From positions 416,001 through 480,000 of the forward strand of contig CAVPIW010000006.1 in assembly GCA_963705105.1 (NCBI GenBank): a DNA stretch of 64,000 bases, written 5' to 3'. The DNA comes from an uncultured Nitrospiraceae bacterium (GTDB lineage Bacteria > Nitrospirota > Thermodesulfovibrionia > Thermodesulfovibrionales > Dissulfurispiraceae). Under the pieces are notes generated by a model, which saw only the letters and a program-made list of their open reading frames with translations, had not been told where the DNA came from and ran no database searches. Within the stretch, counting starts at the first letter, position 1, and every line of letters begins with the position of its first letter. This document shows positions 41,945 through 50,299 of the stretch, one piece after another. A program made the translations under genes and the position numbers.

Positions 41945-42704
41945 CTTCGGGTATCATGACCCCTTTGTCGGGCAGATAAAGGGAGTCATCCTGTCCGTCA
42001 ATCCATCGGTCACGATAGTCGACATCACCCATGGTGCAGAACGCCACGGGATCGGTGAGGCCGCCTTCATCACCGGTGACACGCACCGGTTCTTCCCGCC
42101 CGGCACGATCCACGTCGTCGTCGTCGATCCCGGCGTGGGTTCATCGAGAAAGGCTATCATTGTTGGGAGCGGACATCATATTTTCGTCGGGCCGGACAAC
42201 GGCGTCTTCTCGGTGATACTGGCGAACGACAGTGAGGCCGCTGTCGTCGAGATACGGGAAGATCGCTATCTTCTGGACAGGCACAGTCCCACATTCCAGG
42301 GGAGGGACGTTTTTGCACCTGCGGCGGCCTGGCTGTCGAGGGGTGTCGCCGTCGGTGGCTTTGGTCCCTCCCTGAAAGATCCCGTCATCCTGCCTATTGC
42401 CGCCACTGTGAAGGGTGAAGACGGCGTGACCGGTGCAGTTATGTATATCGACGGTTTCGGGAACGCCATAACGAACATCAGGCCCGATTGCCTGCCGCGA
42501 GGGGACGGGGGATTTCATGTCCGCCTGCGGGGCGTCTCCGTCTTCCCGGTCACGTATTATTCTGAGGCGGCGCCGGGGACGTTGTCATGCCTCTTCAACA
42601 GCTCCGGGTATCTCGAGATTTTCGTCCCCCTGGGGAGCGCCGCAGAACTGTTCGCCATCCGCAGGGGCGATGAAGTCTCCGTCACGGACATCGAAAGTAC
42701 TTGA
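41898..42704 (+). CDS. SAM hydroxide adenosyltransferase / chlorinase-fluorinase family (DUF62)
   Basis: [42 protein letters not shown]. Confidence 0.92.
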   Translation: MRSSEASGPIITLTTDFGYHDPFVGQIKGVILSVNPSVTIVDITHGAERHGIGEAAFITGDTHRFFPPGTIHVVVVDPGVGSSRKAIIVGSGHHIFVGPDNGVFSVILANDSEAAVVEIREDRYLLDRHSPTFQGRDVFAPAAAWLSRGVAVGGFGPSLKDPVILPIAATVKGEDGVTGAVMYIDGFGNAITNIRPDCLPRGDGGFHVRLRGVSVFPVTYYSEAAPGTLSCLFNSSGYLEIFVPLGSAAELFAIRRGDEVSVTDIEST

Positions 42705-42802
42705 CAATAAGGGAATGCCCTGAGATACAATTATCGTCGTCACTCACAGGACAACGAACGGGTCTCTCATCGTTGGTCGTAATTTAATGTGCGAGGTATC
42801 CA

Positions 42803-43084
42803 ATGACAAAGGCGGACATCGTAAATCTCGTTTTCGAGAAGGTGGGCCTTCCGAAAAACGAGACGCAGGAAATTGTGGAAGCTGTTTTTCAGACCATCAA
42901 GCAGACGCTCATCGTTGGCGAATCGATCAAGATTACGGGCTTCGGCACGTTTCATGTTAGAAAAAAGAGCGCCCGCATCGGCAGGAATCCGAAGACGAAA
43001 GAGGAGGTCGAGATCACGCCGCGGCGGGTTGTGACTTTCAAAGCGAGCGAGCATCTCAAGGAGATCATCGAAAAGCCGTCGTAG
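42803..43084 (+). CDS. ihfA: Integration host factor subunit alpha
   Basis: MTKADI, ITGFGTF, GRNPKT, RRVVTF; ihfA-MerR-tRNAPro synteny. Confidence 0.92.
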   Translation: MTKADIVNLVFEKVGLPKNETQEIVEAVFQTIKQTLIVGESIKITGFGTFHVRKKSARIGRNPKTKEEVEITPRRVVTFKASEHLKEIIEKPS

Positions 43085-43170
43085 CGGGATGATCTTTCAG
43101 AGTTCTTGATCATGTGTAAATCCTCCGTTCCAAGGTGGCGGAACAAACCGGGGAACGAACAGAGAAGACC

Positions 43171-43500
43171 ATGGATGATGCTCGGTCGCCCGAGACGTTG
43201 AGACTGTTTCAGGAAAAGCTCTTTTACAAGATCGGCGAAGTGAGCAGGATGCTTGGCGTCGAATCCTATGTCCTCAGGTATTGGGAAACGGAGTTTCCCT
43301 TTCTGACTCCGAGAAAGAGCAGGTCGGGGCAGCGGATATATACAAAAAATGATATCGCCTTGCTCATGGAGATCAGGCGTCTCCTCTATGAGGAGCGATA
43401 CACGATAGCGGGTGTCAGGAAAAAACTCGGTGCCGCCGTCCCTGCCGATGAGGGGGGGAAACCGGGACGACGGAGGTCGCTGTCGATGCCAGGGATGTAA
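43171..43500 (+). CDS. MerR family regulator (C-terminus probably frameshifted; see findings)
   Basis: [35 protein letters not shown]. Confidence 0.88.
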   Translation: MDDARSPETLRLFQEKLFYKIGEVSRMLGVESYVLRYWETEFPFLTPRKSRSGQRIYTKNDIALLMEIRRLLYEERYTIAGVRKKLGAAVPADEGGKPGRRRSLSMPGM

Positions 43501-43552
43501 TCAGGACCGTCAAGGAGCGTTTGACGGCCCTGCTGAAAAGGCTTTCATAAAT

Positions 43553-43630
43553 CGGGGCGTAGCGCAGCTTGGTTAGCGCACTCGCTTGGGGTGCGAGAGG
43601 CCGTCCGTTCGAATCGGATCGCCCCGACCA
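43553..43630 (+). tRNA. tRNA-Pro(GGG)
   Basis: CGGGGCG/CGCCCCG-ACCA acceptor, CTCGC-TTGGGGT-GCGAG anticodon arm, GTTCGAAT. Confidence 0.97.
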
Positions 43631-43636
43631 TCACGA

Positions 43637-43671
43637 CAGGGGGTCATGCGGGGGCACCGTATGACCCCCTG
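43637..43671 (+). terminator. Strong hairpin after tRNA-Pro
   Basis: CAGGGGGTCATGCGG / CCGTATGACCCCCTG; weak U-tract. Confidence 0.5.
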
Positions 43672-43704
43672 GTGTCTCAAGAGGAAACCCTGGCAGTTGA
43701 GTGA

Positions 43705-43919
43705 ACATTGTAGTTGCATAGAAAGGCGTGGCGAAGCGCCTCAAAGCCTTGCTGAAGGCGACGATACTCCTCGTCAGGTTTGTGTTTCAGGATTCCACTC
43801 TTTGTGTGATCGACCTTTGGCTTGAAGGGTCATCTTCTGCGAGGGTTATGGTGTCGCCGCATCAAGGTTTTCGGCGCATACGCCCCGCCTTTCCTAAAAG
43901 TGCAGTGCAACGATAAGGT
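43705..43919 (-). mobile_element. Dispersed TIR element copy 5, arms A-Y
   Basis: GTTGCATAGAAAGGCGTGGCGAAGCGCCTCAAAGCCTTGCTGA ... CGCCCCGCCTTTCC..TGCAACGATAAGGT. Confidence 0.8.
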
Positions 43920-43962
43920 GAAAAGGCAGGGCGACGTGCCTCGATCCTTGCCAAAGGCGACG

Positions 43963-44517
43963 ATGATCAACTATACGCACTTCAGATATTGCCCCCGGTG
44001 CGGAATCACGTCGATTCGTCCGCGCGGCCGCAACGCCATGGAGTGTGACGGATGCGGGTTCCTTTATTACCACAACTGCGCCGCCGCAGTCGCGGCGATC
44101 ATCGAGACGGAGAGCGGGATCGTGCTTCTCCGGAGGGCGCAACCGCCGAAAGCCGGTTTCTTCGATCTGCCCGGCGGGTTCGTCGACTACGGGGAGACCC
44201 TTGAGGCAGCCGTCGTCCGGGAGGTGGAAGAGGAAATCGGTGTGCGTCTCGAAAGGGCGCTCTATTTCCGTTCTTTCCCGAACACCTATGAGTTCCATGG
44301 CGTGACCTATATGACGACGGATGCCGTCTTTATCTGCCCGATGCCGCAAGGTTCCGCCATCCGCCCGAACGACGAGGTAAGGCAGATCGATATCCTGCCT
44401 CCTGAAAGCATTGATCACGCCCTCATCGCCTTTGATTCGATCAGCAAGGCGATCCGGTCATACACATCAGTGCTGCAAAGCCCCCCTGAAAAACACCAAA
44501 AGTCATCAGGTCATTGA
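43963..44517 (+). CDS. NUDIX hydrolase with N-terminal zinc ribbon
   Basis: YCPRCG..CDGCG; Nudix box GGFVDYGETLEAAVVREVEEEIG. Confidence 0.92.
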   Translation: MINYTHFRYCPRCGITSIRPRGRNAMECDGCGFLYYHNCAAAVAAIIETESGIVLLRRAQPPKAGFFDLPGGFVDYGETLEAAVVREVEEEIGVRLERALYFRSFPNTYEFHGVTYMTTDAVFICPMPQGSAIRPNDEVRQIDILPPESIDHALIAFDSISKAIRSYTSVLQSPPEKHQKSSGH

Positions 44518-44535
44518 AATCCGTCATTGTGGCTG

Positions 44536-44586
44536 TCAGCAAGGCTTTGATGCACATCGCCCCGCCTTTTCATGCAACTGCGCTTG
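44536..44586 (+). mobile_element. Solo Y arm of the dispersed TIR element
   Basis: TCAGCAAGGCTTTGATGCACATCGCCCCGCCTTTTCATGCAAC. Confidence 0.65.
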
Positions 44587-44616
44587 ACATCAATCCGCCC
44601 CCTGTCAATCCGCCCC

Positions 44617-44645
44617 TTGACAAATAACATAAATTATGCTATTAG
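44617..44645 (+). promoter_or_regulatory. AT-rich putative promoter/operator upstream of the porin-cytochrome cluster
   Basis: TTGACA followed by the near-palindrome ATAACATAA-A-TTATGCTAT (44624-44642). Confidence 0.4.
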
Positions 44646-44742
44646 TTGATGCAATAAAAGAGCGGGATTGAACTTCGCGGCTCATTCCACATTATTCAAT
44701 ATTCAGTCCCCTCACCCTGACTTTTCCCATACTCAAAAGGTA

Positions 44743-44942
44743 ACCTTATCGTTGCACTGCACTTTTAGGAAAGGCGGGGCGTATGCGTCGAAAACCCGGG
44801 TGCGGCGACACCGAAACCGTCACGGAAGACAGCGATTCAAGCCGATGTCAGAAAAAAGTGAGCCTTTTTTCTGACACTCACACTGACACTTACACTGTCT
44901 TTCAAAGCGCTTCGCCCTGCCTTTTCGTGCAACTGAAAGGGT
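44743..44942 (+). mobile_element. Dispersed TIR element copy 6, arms A-X
   Basis: ACCTTATCGTTGCA..GGAAAGGCGGGGCG; CTGACACTCACACTGACACTGACACTG; TGCAACTGAAAGGGT. Confidence 0.8.
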
Positions 44943-45073
44943 AATAGACCGATTCGGCATCTGCCAAACAATGCGTCACTGACTGGAGGGAGGTGGTTCA
45001 GCAGGACAATAAACCGGTGATCATGGGTTACGTTGACAAGCAACCGAGACTTCGCCAATGAAAGGAGGGATGC

Positions 45074-46303
45074 ATGAGGAGATCACCAAACGTCATTCTC
45101 CTTATGATCTGTTTCATTCCCCTGTGCCTGCTCTCTCCTGAACCCGACAGCGCAGGCGCTGCAGAGCCTTTTCAACTGACATCTTCGACGCAGTACCTGT
45201 GGGGAGACGACCTCCTGGGAGAGAGCCAATCGATCGTCGCCCAGTACCTCAGGCTCAGTTACAAGCCTGAAGGCAAGCCTTTTTCTTTCACCGGCTACGG
45301 CAGGATCTGGCAGGACTTCGGCGACGGCGCCGTCAGGTCCGATGACTTCTCGGGGAGACTCTACTATCTCTTCATGGAGTACACGCCGACGAGGACGATT
45401 TCCCTCCGTCTGGGCAGGCAGTTCATGGCCTTCACCGCCGGCAACGCCGTCCTTGACGGCCTTCGTGTCGATTTCCACGAGATCGGCCCCATCGGCATAA
45501 CGGCGGCGGCCGGACGGGACGTCATTTTCTCCCTCGACTCTGAGCACACCCGGAACGGGAACAATTTTTTCGGCATCGACGTACATCTCGAGCGCATCAG
45601 GAACATTCAACTCGGTCTGAGTTTCGTGCTCAGGCACGACCAGTGGGAAAGGTCACGCCAGGAATACGGGATGAACTTCCGCTATAATTACAAGTTTCTC
45701 AGCCCCTACGCGGAAGTCCGGTACGACTGGCTCTCGGAGACTTTCGACGAGGCCACCTTCGGCATCGACCTCTTTCCGCTCAGCGGCCTCCTGTTCAAGC
45801 TTGAATTCTACCATTCCTATCCGACCTTCGACTCCACCTCCATTTACAGCGTCTTCGCCGTGGACAAGTACCAGGAATACCTTATCCACGGCGAATACAG
45901 CTTCGACATCCCCGTGACGGTCTATGCGTCCTACGCGAGACAGACCTATGAGAGCAGCGACAACGCGGACCGTTTCACTGTCGGATCGAGGTTCTATCCT
46001 GTAAAAAACCTGATGGTGAACGCCTCCGTCGATTACCGCAACGGGTACGGGGGCAGGCTCTGGGGCTTCGAACTCACTGGCAATTACCGGCTCATCGACA
46101 AGCTGCTCATCGCTGCGGGTATCCAGTATGATGTGTACCGGAGGCCCGAGGATGACGGCAGTAATTTTGCCCGGCGCTACTGGATCGGGGGCGAGTGGCT
46201 CATCAACAAGGCAACATCCCTTGCCGCCCGGATTGAGGACAACGTAAATGAGAACTTCGAGCACCGGCCTTTGGGGCGGATCGCTCTCAACTGGAATCTG
46301 TAG
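45074..46303 (+). CDS. Outer-membrane beta-barrel (porin of a porin-cytochrome conduit, OmbB-like)
   Basis: Signal peptide, alternating aromatic/hydrophobic strands, C-terminal ALNWNL; precedes two multiheme cytochromes. Confidence 0.8.
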   Translation: MRRSPNVILLMICFIPLCLLSPEPDSAGAAEPFQLTSSTQYLWGDDLLGESQSIVAQYLRLSYKPEGKPFSFTGYGRIWQDFGDGAVRSDDFSGRLYYLFMEYTPTRTISLRLGRQFMAFTAGNAVLDGLRVDFHEIGPIGITAAAGRDVIFSLDSEHTRNGNNFFGIDVHLERIRNIQLGLSFVLRHDQWERSRQEYGMNFRYNYKFLSPYAEVRYDWLSETFDEATFGIDLFPLSGLLFKLEFYHSYPTFDSTSIYSVFAVDKYQEYLIHGEYSFDIPVTVYASYARQTYESSDNADRFTVGSRFYPVKNLMVNASVDYRNGYGGRLWGFELTGNYRLIDKLLIAAGIQYDVYRRPEDDGSNFARRYWIGGEWLINKATSLAARIEDNVNENFEHRPLGRIALNWNL

Positions 46304-46321
46304 GGGAAAGGAGGGAGCCCG

Positions 46322-47086
46322 TTGAAGAAGATCGTTTTATCCATCATCGTACTCGTCGCGGCGAGTACGCTCGTCTGGGCTCAAAAAACGAGTCACACCG
46401 ACTACTCGACCGGCATGGAGATAAAGTTCTGCAACGAGTGTCACATCGTCAACAATGTGGAACCCAATCACGGCTCGTTTTGGTTCAATGAGCACCGGTT
46501 GTACAAGGAAAAGCTGCCGAGCAACTGCAACGACTGCCATGCGCACTCCTTCTGCATGGATTGTCATACCGGAGGCGGGATCGACCGCGACCTCCATGTC
46601 TCGACGTCAGGCGTCGATTACATGCCGAAGTCTCACCGGTCGGATTTCAGGGAGATCCACCCGATCAAGGCCCTTGATGATCCCCGTATGTGTTACCGCT
46701 GCCATGACGCGAAGCAGTTCTGCAACGAGTGTCACAGCAAATTCAACCGTGCCGACCTGCGTCTGGTCTCACACCGCAGGGGGTGGTCCGACCTCGAATT
46801 GAAGAAGGGTGGTGCGCGCCATTCCATCTTCAATACGGAGCAGTGCCAGACCTGCCATCCCAACGGTGTCCTGCCGAAGCACCAGTGGTCATCGGCTCAT
46901 GCGAGGGAGGCCCGCAAGAACCTTACGTCATGCCAGACCTGCCATCCCGAGGGCGATGTCTGTCTGAAATGCCACAGCACCCTGACGGGGCTCAAGGTGA
47001 ATCCCCATCCCCGCAACTGGGGCAAGGTGTCGGACCGGCTCAGATCTGCAAGCGGAAACAGGACATGCAACAGGTGTCACAGATAA
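46322..47086 (+). CDS. Periplasmic nonaheme cytochrome c (OmaB-like)
   Basis: Signal peptide; 9 CxxCH (CNECH, CNDCH, CMDCH, CYRCH, CNECH, CQTCH, CQTCH, CLKCH, CNRCH). Confidence 0.9.
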   Translation: MKKIVLSIIVLVAASTLVWAQKTSHTDYSTGMEIKFCNECHIVNNVEPNHGSFWFNEHRLYKEKLPSNCNDCHAHSFCMDCHTGGGIDRDLHVSTSGVDYMPKSHRSDFREIHPIKALDDPRMCYRCHDAKQFCNECHSKFNRADLRLVSHRRGWSDLELKKGGARHSIFNTEQCQTCHPNGVLPKHQWSSAHAREARKNLTSCQTCHPEGDVCLKCHSTLTGLKVNPHPRNWGKVSDRLRSASGNRTCNRCHR

Positions 47087-47104
47087 AGAAAGGAGGGAAA
47101 GAAC

Positions 47105-49261
47105 GTGAATCATGAATGGAGACGCTTTCTAATTCCGATGTGCTGCGCGATTCTCTGCCTCGGGGTCATCGGGTGCGGGAGCAGTTCAAAGGAATCCGGA
47201 GGAGACCCTGGTGTCGCTCCCCCCACGAGGGTGGGGTCTGACACCTGCGCGAATTCGTGCCACGCTGCCACTCAGGACATTACCGGCACGGTGATATCCG
47301 TCGCCTGGTCCAACACGACCCATACCACCAGCGGCGGTGTCCAGTGCGAAGATTGCCACGGCGCCGGGAGCCTTCATTTCGGCCTTGGCCCGATACCCTT
47401 CCCGAACCCGCAGGCGGAACAGTGCAACGTCTGTCACGGGTTCACCGCTTTTAACAGTACGAGACACGCAAACGGCAACGGTGTGCCGAACGCGGAGTTC
47501 ACCCAGATCGCCACCCCTGTCAGCCAGGGGAGGCATATCGAAGAGTGCTCCGTCTGCCACAACGTCAACCAGAGGTTCGTGTTCGATTCCTCCGGGAACC
47601 TCCAAAAGCCGCGCCCGGACAGCCTGCCCACGCCTGTCGTGAATTGCGCGTCCTGTCACGATGCCCACCAGCCCCAGCAGAAGGTGGCCATCCCCCAGAG
47701 AACCGCACCGGTCGGCTACCCGATCTACCGGAAGTTCGTTCAGGACAGCACCGGCGCACAGAGCACGACAGGCACGTCTCAGGCCGCATTCATCTATCAG
47801 CCCAACGGCGCGGTCCAGGCGAACGGGACCCTTGATCCGACCAAAGTCGTCGGGAAGAACAACGAGCTGACCGTCGATCTGCTCTGCGCTGCCTGTCACA
47901 CCAAGGGACTGTACAAGAACAGCGGCGGCGTGACGCACCAGCCCGACATCCACACGCAGTGGACGCGCTCCGGCCACGGCAACAGGAACGCTCCGGCCTT
48001 TGCAGAGTTTTCTGCAAATCCCGCCGCCTACACCAACCCGTCCACCGGCCTGCCCTATGAGGACCTCAGCCATACCACGAGCTATCCCATCGACATGGCC
48101 CTCTCACGGTTCGCTGCAACCGGACCGGCCAATACGACGCAGAATGCGGGGAACAACAACTTCGCCTGCTTCAAGTGCCACAACGGACTGACGTCTCTTG
48201 CCTATCAGAACAACGTGGAGGGCACCTCGGCTGCGCCGGTCGTCTTCGGCGATTCAACAGTCACCTGCCTCACCTGTCACAACCCGCACACCGATGTATC
48301 GGGGCAGACGAAGAATACGCGGAGGCCCCTCGTCATGACGAAGTATACGTCCACGCAGATCACCTTCTCGGGCAACGTCTTTCTCGATAACACTCCTGTG
48401 CCGGCGGAGACGGGCAACGCGACGATCTGCGTCTTCTGTCACCAGGGCCGCGAGTCGGGCTTCACCCTGTTCAAACGCCGCCTCGCCGCGGACAGCACCC
48501 TGTCAGGAAACTTTTTGAATGAACACTACCTCGGCACGGGCGCCATGCTCTGGGCCAGGAACGCTTACGAGTATGCCGGAAAGCAATACGGCCAGGTCGC
48601 GCGCCACCAGCAGACCAACTGCTTCGGCTGCCATATGAACCAGACCGGCAGCAATGAGCTGGGGGGCCACAGCTGGCATATGTTCAACGAGACGACAGGC
48701 GCGTTCAACAACGGCACTTGTAACACATCCGACTGCCACAACGGCAGGGTGCCGGCGACGCGGACGGCGTTCTTCGGCTTCCGCGACACCATATTCGATC
48801 CGACCAACGATTACGACGGTGACGGCGCGCTTGAAGGCATCCCCCAGGAGATCGAGGGTCTCGCGTCCGAGTTGGTGAGCCTTCTCGCATCCAACGGCAT
48901 TGTGTATGACGACCTCGCGTATCCCTACTTTTTCCAGCCGGGGCTGCCGCATACCAATGCAAACTCCTTCCAGGCCTGGACGCTGCCGACTCTGAAGGCA
49001 GCCTTCAACCTGCAGTTCGTCATCAAGGGACTGCCGTCGTCAGCAGTCAGCCAGATCGGACAGCCGAATCCTTCGGCGGCTGCCCATAACTACCGCTATA
49101 ACATCCAGATCCTCAGGGACTCCTACGATGACCTGTGGGTGAACGCTCCCTCGGGCAGGGGGACGAACCCCGACCGTCGCAACCAGGCGAGGCCTGGAGG
49201 CACACGCCCCGCGACGAACTACGATGCCCAGTCGGGAGGCGCCTACAATCCGAGGCAGTAG
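47105..49261 (+). CDS. Multiheme cytochrome c lipoprotein (OmcB-like)
   Basis: Lipobox VIG-C; 9 CxxCH plus CANSCH (CX3CH) and CNTSDCH (CX4CH); GPIPF and AAAHN motifs. Confidence 0.88.
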   Translation: MNHEWRRFLIPMCCAILCLGVIGCGSSSKESGGDPGVAPPTRVGSDTCANSCHAATQDITGTVISVAWSNTTHTTSGGVQCEDCHGAGSLHFGLGPIPFPNPQAEQCNVCHGFTAFNSTRHANGNGVPNAEFTQIATPVSQGRHIEECSVCHNVNQRFVFDSSGNLQKPRPDSLPTPVVNCASCHDAHQPQQKVAIPQRTAPVGYPIYRKFVQDSTGAQSTTGTSQAAFIYQPNGAVQANGTLDPTKVVGKNNELTVDLLCAACHTKGLYKNSGGVTHQPDIHTQWTRSGHGNRNAPAFAEFSANPAAYTNPSTGLPYEDLSHTTSYPIDMALSRFAATGPANTTQNAGNNNFACFKCHNGLTSLAYQNNVEGTSAAPVVFGDSTVTCLTCHNPHTDVSGQTKNTRRPLVMTKYTSTQITFSGNVFLDNTPVPAETGNATICVFCHQGRESGFTLFKRRLAADSTLSGNFLNEHYLGTGAMLWARNAYEYAGKQYGQVARHQQTNCFGCHMNQTGSNELGGHSWHMFNETTGAFNNGTCNTSDCHNGRVPATRTAFFGFRDTIFDPTNDYDGDGALEGIPQEIEGLASELVSLLASNGIVYDDLAYPYFFQPGLPHTNANSFQAWTLPTLKAAFNLQFVIKGLPSSAVSQIGQPNPSAAAHNYRYNIQILRDSYDDLWVNAPSGRGTNPDRRNQARPGGTRPATNYDAQSGGAYNPRQ

Positions 49262-49270
49262 TAGCATGAA

Positions 49271-49300
49271 AGGGGGGGCGTCAGCCCCCCCTCCGTCTTT
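49271..49300 (+). terminator. Putative intrinsic terminator
   Basis: AGGGGGGGC-GTCA-GCCCCCCCT followed by CCGTCTTT. Confidence 0.6.
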
Positions 49301-49353
49301 CCCCGCATACTTTCAGGACCATTCCCTGTGCAGTTCTTTGGCGATTAATTTTT

Positions 49354-49387
49354 CTAATTGATCAATTAGCATCTTTTTTTCTATAAT
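49354..49387 (+). promoter_or_regulatory. por operon promoter with overlapping 16-bp palindrome
   Basis: CTAATTGATCAATTAG (49354-49369) overlaps TTGATC-N18-TATAAT. Confidence 0.55.
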
Positions 49388-49433
49388 TTAATTTACCTTT
49401 GCGTCAGAAATACTGTTAGTCAGGAGAATCTCT

Positions 49434-50009
49434 ATGGCATCACGTTTGGACATTCGGTGGCATGGTAGGGGAGGCCAGGGCACGGTCACCGCGGTGAAAC
49501 TCTTCGCCGATGCCTGCCTGTCGGGAGGAAGATACGTGCAGGCATTCCCCGAGTACGGACCGGAGCGTTCGGGTGCGCCTCTCAGGGCCTATAACAGGAT
49601 CAGCTCGAGGGAGCTCAGGATGCACTGCCCGGTGAGCAAACCCGACATTGTCGTCGTCGTCGATCCGACGCTGCTCGAAAGCGTCGACATCTCCGAGGGA
49701 ACGACGGAGGGAGCCATCTTCCTCATCAATACAATGAGAGATCCCCTGGATATCAGGGAGCGGATCGAGGCGCGGCCGACTCACCGGGTCTGCACGGTTG
49801 ACGCCACGAAGATCGCCATTGAGTGTATCGGAAGGCCTATGCCGAATGCGCCGATGGTCGGTTCGCTTGCGCGAATTTCCGATGTGGTGAAGCTCGAAGA
49901 CATCCTGCAGGAGATGCAGAAACAATTCGGCAAGAAATTTTCCCAGAAAATCGTCCAGGGAAACCTTGATGCCGTGAGACGGGGATTCGAGGAGGTCAAG
50001 ATCATATGA
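49434..50009 (+). CDS. porC: Pyruvate:ferredoxin oxidoreductase gamma subunit
   Basis: IRWHGRGGQG, QAFPEYGPERSGAP. Confidence 0.93.
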   Translation: MASRLDIRWHGRGGQGTVTAVKLFADACLSGGRYVQAFPEYGPERSGAPLRAYNRISSRELRMHCPVSKPDIVVVVDPTLLESVDISEGTTEGAIFLINTMRDPLDIRERIEARPTHRVCTVDATKIAIECIGRPMPNAPMVGSLARISDVVKLEDILQEMQKQFGKKFSQKIVQGNLDAVRRGFEEVKII

Positions 50010-50299
50010 AACTCAAGGGATGGAAACAGCTCGCCCCCGGTTCGCTCATTATCGAGCCCGCCAGCGCTTTGCGCTTCGAGACAGGGAGCTGGAGGGCCTT
50101 CAGGCCCGTCTGGCTGGAAGAGAACTGTATCCAATGCCTGTTCTGCTGGATCTACTGCCCTGACATGGCCGTCGTCGTGCACGAAGGCAAAAGGGCCGAG
50201 TATGATTACGACTACTGCAAAGGCTGCGGCATCTGCGCGCTCGAGTGTCCCGGGAAAAAGGGGAAGAAGGCGATCATCATGGAGGAGGAGGGCAAATAA
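50006..50299 (+). CDS. porD: Pyruvate:ferredoxin oxidoreductase delta subunit
   Basis: TGSWR..RP, CIQCLFCWIYCP, YCKGCGICALECP. Confidence 0.93.
   Translation: MKLKGWKQLAPGSLIIEPASALRFETGSWRAFRPVWLEENCIQCLFCWIYCPDMAVVVHEGKRAEYDYDYCKGCGICALECPGKKGKKAIIMEEEGK

Noticed and set aside
41898..42704. Fluorinase/chlorinase halogenation pathway
   Set aside because: Housekeeping context (pyrD, ihfA) and no biosynthetic neighbours; the common DUF62 SAM hydrolase is the simpler call.
44943..45073. Riboswitch (e.g. c-di-GMP-I) in the porin-cytochrome leader
   Set aside because: I could not match the GGCAAAC..GAAA..GACGCAAAG core or any other known aptamer; an Infernal search would be needed.
43553..49300. 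Genomic island integrated at tRNA-Pro
   Set aside because: No duplicated tRNA 3' end and no integrase seen downstream.
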